32,000 nt of DNA from Bifidobacterium longum subsp. longum JCM 1217 (GTDB taxonomy: Bacteria; Actinomycetota; Actinomycetes; Actinomycetales; Bifidobacteriaceae), in assembly GCF_000196555.1 (NCBI RefSeq), contig NC_015067.1:1980001-2012000 (forward strand). The letters run 5' to 3'. A model generated the notes under the pieces. The model saw only the letters and a list, made by a program, of their open reading frames with translations, did no database searches and was not told the DNA's origin. Made by a program: the position numbers and the translations under genes. Position 1 is the stretch's first letter; each line of letters starts with the position of its first letter. Positions 26,587-32,000 of this stretch are shown here, piece by piece.

Positions 26587-27228
26587 TCACGCGAGCGGAA
26601 CCGGAATGTTGACCATGTCAATCGGAGCCGGCACCACAGCGGCATTGAACGCTTCCCGCACACGCTCCTCGAATCGCGCGCAATCATCCTGCGGCACCAC
26701 CGCGGTCAACTCGACGTTCACCGCATACGATTCATCCTCCTGACTGCCACCAAGCTGCGCCAGGATCTGCTGGAATCGGGCCAACTGCGGGTATTCGAGG
26801 CGAACCCGGTATCGCTTGGCGGTCATGATGCGGGCGGCGCGGGCGGCTTTCATCGCCAATGATGCGGCGGATGAGTACGCGCGGACCAGCCCACCGGAGC
26901 CCAGCAGAATACCACCGAAATATCTGGTGACGGCAACCACGCAATCGGTGGTGCCCGACTGCTTGAGTACGTCGAGAATCGGCTTGCCGGCGGTACCGGA
27001 CGGCTCGCCGTCATCGCTCATGCGTTCGGACAGTCGCCCATCCGCGCCTCCGCACACGGCGGCATACGCCACGTGTCGGGCTTTCGGATGCTGCTCACGG
27101 ATCGCAGCCACGAACGCGAGCGCCTCGTCGAGCGTATCGACATGGGCGGCGTCGCCGATAAATTCGGACTTTTTTTCGACGAGCGAATCGTGGGCAGGAT
27201 CGTCGGGCGTGTTGAGAATCGTCTGCAT
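26587..27228 (-). CDS. YigZ / IMPACT-family (UPF0029) protein
   Basis: 213-aa ORF with EKKSEFIGDAAHV, HPKARHVAYAA, DDGEPSGTAGKPIL and VAVTRYFGGILLGSGGLVRAY, the pattern typical of the YigZ N-terminal domain. Confidence 0.85.
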   Translation of the reverse strand: MQTILNTPDDPAHDSLVEKKSEFIGDAAHVDTLDEALAFVAAIREQHPKARHVAYAAVCGGADGRLSERMSDDGEPSGTAGKPILDVLKQSGTTDCVVAVTRYFGGILLGSGGLVRAYSSAASLAMKAARAARIMTAKRYRVRLEYPQLARFQQILAQLGGSQEDESYAVNVELTAVVPQDDCARFEERVREAFNAAVVPAPIDMVNIPVPLA

Positions 27229-27289
27229 GAGCGTGTTCCGGTGGTCGACTGGCTGGGTGTTCGATTGAGCGCGAGGCTAGGCAGGGCTA

Positions 27290-28315
27290 TCAGCGTTCGG
27301 AGACGACGACGTTATAGTCTTCGCCGGCGAAGTAGGCGGTCAGGCAGGCGATCATCTGGCGGGTGAGCTCCTTGAACGCGCCGTCGGCACGCCAGCCGAC
27401 GTGCGGGGTCAGGACGATGCCGGGCACATGGCAGATGGCGTCGTCGGCGGTCAGCGGCTCATGGTCGAACACGTCGAGTGCGGCGGGAACATCGCCCTTT
27501 TGCAGTCGGGCAAGCAGCGCACCGGATTCGATGACTTCGGAGCGGGCGGTGTTGATGAACAGGGTGCCGGGCTTCACATGCGCAAGGTTCTCGGCGGTGA
27601 CGATGCCGCGCGTGGCGTTGTTCAGCGGCAGATGGACGGAGATGACGTCGCTGGTTTCGATGAGCTTGTTGAGATCGTCGACCGGAGTGGCACCGGAGCG
27701 TTCGAAATGCTCGGGCGGCACATGCGAATTCCATGCGGCGACCTCCATGCCGAGGGCGCGGGCGATGCCGGCCACGGTGGAGCCGATGCCGCCCAGTCCG
27801 ATGATGCCCATGCGACGGCCGGCGAGTTGCAGTCCATCGCCGCTGGCCCACGCCCAGTTGCCGGCCTTGACGTCCTTATCGAGTTGGCCAACGCGGCGGA
27901 TGAGCTCGAACAGAAGGGCGAAGGTGTGCTCGGCCACGGCGTGATCGCCATAATGTTCGGCGTTGCAGACGCGGATCTTCAGCTCGCGCGCCTTATCGAG
28001 ATTGAGGTAGCTGGCGACGCCGGTACCGCAGAACACGATGCACTTGACGTGCCCCTGCCCGCTGATGGTGCGCAGCAGATCGTCCGAAATGTGGTAGCCG
28101 CCCACCAGCAGGGCGTCGGCATCCTTCAGACGCTCGGCTATGGTCGCCTCGTCGGACGTGAATTCCTCGAACATACGCACGCGGGCAACGTCGTGGAGCG
28201 CGGGGAACTGGGCCTTGATGGGCTCGATCATCGAGTCAAGCACGGACGGCATCACGACGAGGGGCAGATCGGTGCGTTCGCTTTGGGTTTCGTAAATCTC
28301 GGTCATGGGCTCCAC
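27290..28315 (-). CDS. D-isomer-specific 2-hydroxyacid dehydrogenase family protein (NAD-binding)
   Basis: 341-aa ORF with the Rossmann motif GIIGLGGIGSTVAGIARALGMEV and catalytic-region motifs INTARSEVIE and LTPHVGW. The start is either the GTG at 28315 or the ATG at 28306. Substrate cannot be assigned from sequence alone. Confidence 0.85.
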   Translation of the reverse strand: MEPMTEIYETQSERTDLPLVVMPSVLDSMIEPIKAQFPALHDVARVRMFEEFTSDEATIAERLKDADALLVGGYHISDDLLRTISGQGHVKCIVFCGTGVASYLNLDKARELKIRVCNAEHYGDHAVAEHTFALLFELIRRVGQLDKDVKAGNWAWASGDGLQLAGRRMGIIGLGGIGSTVAGIARALGMEVAAWNSHVPPEHFERSGATPVDDLNKLIETSDVISVHLPLNNATRGIVTAENLAHVKPGTLFINTARSEVIESGALLARLQKGDVPAALDVFDHEPLTADDAICHVPGIVLTPHVGWRADGAFKELTRQMIACLTAYFAGEDYNVVVSER

Positions 28316-28379
28316 ATTAGGAGGCCGGCGGGAAAAGCGTCACCTTGCGGCTTCCCCTCCTTGAGACCAAGCCGAGCAA

Positions 28380-29723
28380 CTATTGCTTTGCCGCCTGCTC
28401 CTGCGTGATGTTCCATTCCTTGACGACGTTCTGGTCCGCGCCCATCGAATAGATGACATCCCAGATGCGTTGGCGTATCTGAGCGTCGTAGGCTTCGTCC
28501 CAACATGTGACTATGGGATGGTCGCTGGATATCGGGCACCATTGGTAGTTGCCTTGATGCACGTTGGCGGTGGGCACCCAGTCGATGCGGTTGACGCGCC
28601 ACGACCCCTTGACGCCCTTCTTGCCGGCGAACTGGATGCGTGCGGTCACACCCTGGTTGTTGACCAAGGTTTCCGGCGTGTTCGCCGACTCGGTGACGGC
28701 GTTGCCCAGACCGTAGATAATCCACGTGCCGTTATAGTTCTCGATGGGCTGCGCACAATGGCAGCCGGCACCGTAGATAACGTCGAAGGCACCAGTGTCG
28801 GCAAGCTCATGGGCTTCCGAAATCTGCCAGGAATCGGCGTAATCAAGGTATTCCTGCACCGAGTGCATGGCGATGGCCACCACATCGGCACCTTGCTCGC
28901 GGGCCTTGTTGGCCTTGTCTACCGCGCGCTGGATGTCGCTGCCGTGATTCGGGTCGCCGTCTTCGCGCAGACGATCCACCTGCCAGTCCTCGTCGGCGGT
29001 CATGCCGTTGAGGGAGACCGTGCCGGTGACCAGACCCAGCTTGCCGCCGCCGGTCGGGGAATCGATGACTAACGGTTTGGTGGAGTCGGCTTCGGTTTTG
29101 TACGAGCCGGTCTGGGCGATGCCATCGGCCTCAAGCGTGTCCCACAGACGGGCGATGCCATCCGCCCCCTGATCCCAGGAATGGTTGGTGGCGTGTGTGC
29201 AGGCGTTGTATCCCACGTTGCGGGCGGCATCCGCCACTTCCGGCGGAATGTTGAAGATCGGGTACGCGGCATATGGGCCGCCGCGCTGGGCGATCGGGGT
29301 TTCGAATTCGCACACGGCGATGTCCGAAGCCTGAATGTACTGCTTCATCGGCGCGAACAGCGGGTCGAAGTTGAAGGCGGTGCCATCCGTGGCGTTGGGG
29401 TTCAGGCCTTGGAAATGGCTCCACAATCCCTCATGGAACAACAAATCGCCGTTGACCAGCATGGCGATGCAGTCCGTATCCGGGCAATCCGGTGAATTGC
29501 CGTGATGTTCGGTCACCGGTTTGGGCGTGTTCTTCGCTTTATTCAACGCGACGTCCGACACTCCGGCGCGTGCGGGGCCATTGCCGTCCGTGCGATGGGT
29601 TGCGAACCATGCGCCGATGCCCAGCGTAACGGCGAGCGCGATCACGAACACGATAATCAGCGCCGCACGGTTGGTTCGTGTCGAGTTGGAGCGATGTTGC
29701 CCCTGCCCAGCGATATGGCTCAT
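28380..29723 (-). CDS. CapA-family (PGA_cap metallophosphatase-like) membrane-anchored protein
   Basis: 447-aa ORF with one N-terminal TM helix (AALIIVFVIALAVTLGIGAWF). The extracytoplasmic domain has CapA-like motifs (MLVNGDLLFHEGLW, ACTHATNHSWDQG, VIYGAGCHCAQPIE). Confidence 0.75.
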   Translation of the reverse strand: MSHIAGQGQHRSNSTRTNRAALIIVFVIALAVTLGIGAWFATHRTDGNGPARAGVSDVALNKAKNTPKPVTEHHGNSPDCPDTDCIAMLVNGDLLFHEGLWSHFQGLNPNATDGTAFNFDPLFAPMKQYIQASDIAVCEFETPIAQRGGPYAAYPIFNIPPEVADAARNVGYNACTHATNHSWDQGADGIARLWDTLEADGIAQTGSYKTEADSTKPLVIDSPTGGGKLGLVTGTVSLNGMTADEDWQVDRLREDGDPNHGSDIQRAVDKANKAREQGADVVAIAMHSVQEYLDYADSWQISEAHELADTGAFDVIYGAGCHCAQPIENYNGTWIIYGLGNAVTESANTPETLVNNQGVTARIQFAGKKGVKGSWRVNRIDWVPTANVHQGNYQWCPISSDHPIVTCWDEAYDAQIRQRIWDVIYSMGADQNVVKEWNITQEQAAKQ

Positions 29724-30060
29724 CTTTGCCCACCCTTCGGAACTCTTCTTCTCTCTCTAGGGTACCGCCCATCTCAGTCAAACACTGCGGGGAGGAAGGC
29801 GATGGGCAAGCGATTGGACAAGCGACATAAACCGGTTAATCTTCAATCACCATTCACGAACACCACGCAAAAGTCTCACTTAGTGGACATTTTTCTTTCG
29901 TCGCTCGGACTTTTCCCGACGTGCCGCACTCGTTCGCCCACTAAAATGGCGGTTTGGAGGCGGACGGACAATGGCGTACCTCCGACTCCGCTTACCACAA
30001 GCGGAGACCGCCCGTCCTCGGTTATTTCAGGAGTTACTTAACCCGGAGTTTCCGGAAAAC

Positions 30061-30088
30061 AAAAAAGTTCCGAGCTTTCACCCGGAAC
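30061..30088 (-). terminator. intrinsic terminator downstream of tRNA-Ser
   Basis: Minus strand reads GTTCCGGG-TGAAAG-CTCGGAAC (8-bp stem including one G-U) followed directly by TTTTTT. It starts 9 nt after the tRNA 3' end. Confidence 0.8.
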
Positions 30089-30097
30089 CTTAATCGG

Positions 30098-30184
30098 CGG
30101 AGTCAGAGGGATTCGAACCCTCGAGCCGTTTACACGACTAACACCTTAGCAGGGTGCCCCTATCGGCCACTCAGGCATGACTCC
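30098..30184 (-). tRNA. tRNA-Ser (anticodon GCU)
   Basis: Minus strand reads GGAGTCATGCCTGAGTGGCCGATAGGGGCACCCTGCTAAGGTGTTAGTCGTGTAAACGGCTCGAGGGTTCGAATCCCTCTGACTCCG. It has a 7-bp acceptor, anticodon loop CUGCUAA, a long variable arm, a GGTTCGAATCC T-loop and discriminator G. CCA is not encoded. Confidence 0.93.
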
Positions 30185-30255
30185 ACGTTACGCAATAATG
30201 CGCAACAGCAAATTACTGTACCACGTCCTGCGGATACGGCGTGCCGAACGACACA

Positions 30256-31203
30256 TTATTGAACGTCCGCGGGTGCGGCGTCGCCGGAGAACGTAACGAT
30301 AACCGCGCAAATCACCAACGCCACACCGACGATTTCACCAACGCTGGGAATCTCGCCGAACGCCAGTCCCACGGCCACCGCCATGGCGGGATTGATGGAT
30401 TGCATTACCGAAAATGCGCCGGATGTGGTGCGTCGCAGCGTGATCTGCTCCACCACATAGGGAATGAACGAGGCCATCAGGGAAATCACAAACAGCAGAG
30501 CCAGCAGCTTCAGCGAGCCGCCGGGCTCAAGCGCCCACGTGGCATCGGCCTTGGGGTGAACCACATGAGCCACAGCCGGCACGCCAAGGAACAGGGACTG
30601 GACCAGCCAGCCGATGGTCACGGCGATGCACAGATTATCCAGCGAATTGCCGCCAGCCGCCACGCGCCGGCCGGTGATGATATACATGCCCCACATCGAC
30701 CCGCCGATCAAAATCGCAATCAGACCATACAAAAACGTGCCATTGCCGGACGGATTGGCCAATGATATGCCAGCTAACAGCACCACACCGACCGCCGCGA
30801 TACCGATACCGACCCGCTCGCGCCAGCTTTTGCCGGTAATCACCGCCACCGAAAGCGGTCCCAAAAATTCGATAGACACGGCAATGCCCATATCCATATT
30901 GCTGATGGCCACATAAAACAGGGTATTCATCAGCACCAGCGAGCAGCCGAGCAGTACGACCAGCCCCCAGCTGCGGGCGTCGCGGTGAAACAGTTGCGCT
31001 CGCTTCGCCTTGTTCCAGGGCCTGCGCCACAGCAGCAACAGCACCGCCATGAATCCCACGCGATACCACACCGAGTACAGCGGATCGAGCTGGGTGAACG
31101 CAAGTTTGGCGACGGCCGTAGCCAAATAAATCACCAGTGCCTCACCAATCACGATAAGAACCACGGGAACACGGTTGAGGATACCGACCACTGCCTTCTT
31201 CAT
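30256..31203 (-). CDS. EamA/DMT-superfamily transporter
   Basis: About 10 TM segments arranged as two EamA-like halves. I use the ATG at 31203 (MKKAVVGILNRVPVVLIV..., 315 aa). The 39 upstream codons of the track ORF are non-hydrophobic. Confidence 0.8.
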   Translation of the reverse strand: MKKAVVGILNRVPVVLIVIGEALVIYLATAVAKLAFTQLDPLYSVWYRVGFMAVLLLLWRRPWNKAKRAQLFHRDARSWGLVVLLGCSLVLMNTLFYVAISNMDMGIAVSIEFLGPLSVAVITGKSWRERVGIGIAAVGVVLLAGISLANPSGNGTFLYGLIAILIGGSMWGMYIITGRRVAAGGNSLDNLCIAVTIGWLVQSLFLGVPAVAHVVHPKADATWALEPGGSLKLLALLFVISLMASFIPYVVEQITLRRTTSGAFSVMQSINPAMAVAVGLAFGEIPSVGEIVGVALVICAVIVTFSGDAAPADVQ

Positions 31204-31419
31204 GAGGTTTACGCTACTCGGAGAGCCGGGACAGCGCGCATTGACTTGGAAGGCGTTACGGACAGTGACGCAATGTGGACGATTCCGTGGAATCGCACCC
31301 ACCATGCGAAACAGCCGCACAGTGCGTAAACCCTTGGAATTCCGGCGATATTCGGCATTATGACAATGAGCGCCGCGTCATGCGCGCCACATAGTGAGCA
31401 TGACCTCGTTCGGCATTCC

Positions 31420-31425
31420 TACAAT
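31420..31425 (+). promoter_or_regulatory. -10 hexamer TACAAT placed for a leaderless dinB mRNA
   Basis: TACAAT ends 6 nt before the A of the dinB ATG (31432), and there is no room for a spaced Shine-Dalgarno. Confidence 0.4.
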
Positions 31426-31431
31426 GGTGGC

Positions 31432-32000
31432 ATGAGCACCGCACCGAGACTTGAGGCCGCCAAACGCGATTGGGGCCACGACGAGACCGGATGCACCGTG
31501 CTGCATATCGACATGGATGCCTTCTATGCCTCATTGGAGGTGGCGCGCAACCCCGGGCTCAAAGGCAAGCCGGTAATCATCGGCACCGGGCCGCGCGCGG
31601 TGGTGTCCGCCGCGAGCTACGAAGCCCGGAAATACGGCATCAATTCGGCGATGCCGGCCGCGCGCGCCCATCGGTTGTGCCCGAACGGCATTTTTCTGCC
31701 AGTGGATATGGCGTATTACCGCATGATGTCGCACCGAATCATGCATGAGGTGTTTTTGACCGTCACCGACCGGTTCGAGCAGGTTTCGGTGGACGAGGGC
31801 TATATGGATGTGTCCGCCGCACTGCTGGAGTGGGGGCGGCCGAGCGCGATCGGCGCGTGGATTCGCGCTCAGGTGGCCGAGCGCTTCCACGTGACGTGTT
31901 CAGTGGGTATCGCCTGTAACAAACTGGTGTCCAAAATGGCCTCGACCAATGCCAAGCCGGACGGCATGCTGCTGATTCCCGCGGCCCGCTCGGCCGAATT
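31432..32000 (+). CDS. dinB: DNA polymerase IV (Y-family), 5' partial, continues past the window end
   Basis: Not in the ORF track because there is no stop in the window. Frame-1 translation from the ATG at 31432 is [84 protein letters not shown]...VSVDEGYMDVS, which carries the Y-family signature motifs. Confidence 0.9.
   Translation, partial: MSTAPRLEAAKRDWGHDETGCTVLHIDMDAFYASLEVARNPGLKGKPVIIGTGPRAVVSAASYEARKYGINSAMPAARAHRLCPNGIFLPVDMAYYRMMSHRIMHEVFLTVTDRFEQVSVDEGYMDVSAALLEWGRPSAIGAWIRAQVAERFHVTCSVGIACNKLVSKMASTNAKPDGMLLIPAARSAE

Noticed and set aside
29902-29917. Minus-strand GGGAAAAGTCCGAGCG, which resembles the RNase P RNA GAGGAAAGUCCGGGC box. I also considered SRP RNA, which often neighbours tRNA-Ser in actinobacteria.
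   Set aside because: The ~370-nt interval has no other RNase P conserved regions (no ACAGNAnCCGGCUUA-type box). It also lacks the SRP domain-IV GGAAG..AGCA motif. This is a single short match only.
29802-30041. 80-aa plus-strand ORF (MGKRLDKRHKPVNLQ...) preceded by GGAGGAAGG.
   Set aside because: Its third-position GC is low, unlike every confident gene here. The translation is basic and low-complexity with no motif. It overlaps the structured non-coding element, and the GGAGG is more simply the complement of promoter or leader sequence for the capA-family gene.
30098-30184. tRNA-Ser as an integration hotspot, which would imply a genomic island on one side.
   Set aside because: There is no integrase, recombinase or phage gene on either side, and no direct repeat of the tRNA 3' end; only a 13-nt inverted complement exists. 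Flanking genes have host-like GC and look like housekeeping or core genes.

Overview
This is a high-GC (roughly 60%) chromosomal core segment with actinobacterial hallmarks. Gene content and protein sequences look most like a Bifidobacterium genome; that is my recollection of the families, not a database search. Bases 34-13480 on the minus strand hold an uninterrupted S10-spc-alpha ribosomal supercluster running rpsJ to rpsK: 24 r-protein genes plus secY, adk and infA. rpsD lies beyond the left edge, and there is no map gene between adk and infA. The rest of the window, in order: a YwiC-like membrane protein (+); bifunctional adhE (-); a ROK-family regulator whose stop overlaps (ATGA) the start of a GH13 debranching enzyme glgX (+); rpsI-rplM (-); GH77 malQ (-); a same-strand run of capA-family, D-2-hydroxyacid dehydrogenase, YigZ/IMPACT and LRV/HEAT-repeat genes (-); tRNA-Ser(GCU) (-); an EamA/DMT transporter (-); and the 5' part of dinB (+), which runs off the right edge. 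I see no transposase, integrase, phage, CRISPR, toxin-antitoxin or recognisable defence genes. Every long unassigned ORF is an antisense shadow of a real gene, so I do not think the window hides a novel multi-gene protein system. What remains unexplained is non-coding. (1) A ~165-bp composite inverted repeat at 14761-14927, built from seven 19-20-bp-phased copies of TTACCGCCCCATG, sits between the convergent YwiC-like gene and adhE. (2) An AT-rich ~500-bp adhE/ROK divergent control region carries several repeat systems. (3) A perfect LacI-type operator lies upstream of malQ, with no LacI gene nearby. (4) A palindromic hairpin occurs twice, 21 kb apart, each time just downstream of a stop codon. 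(5) A 64-nt structured element lies next to tRNA-Ser. (6) Several unusually strong intercistronic hairpins sit inside the ribosomal cluster. All functional readings of these are inference.
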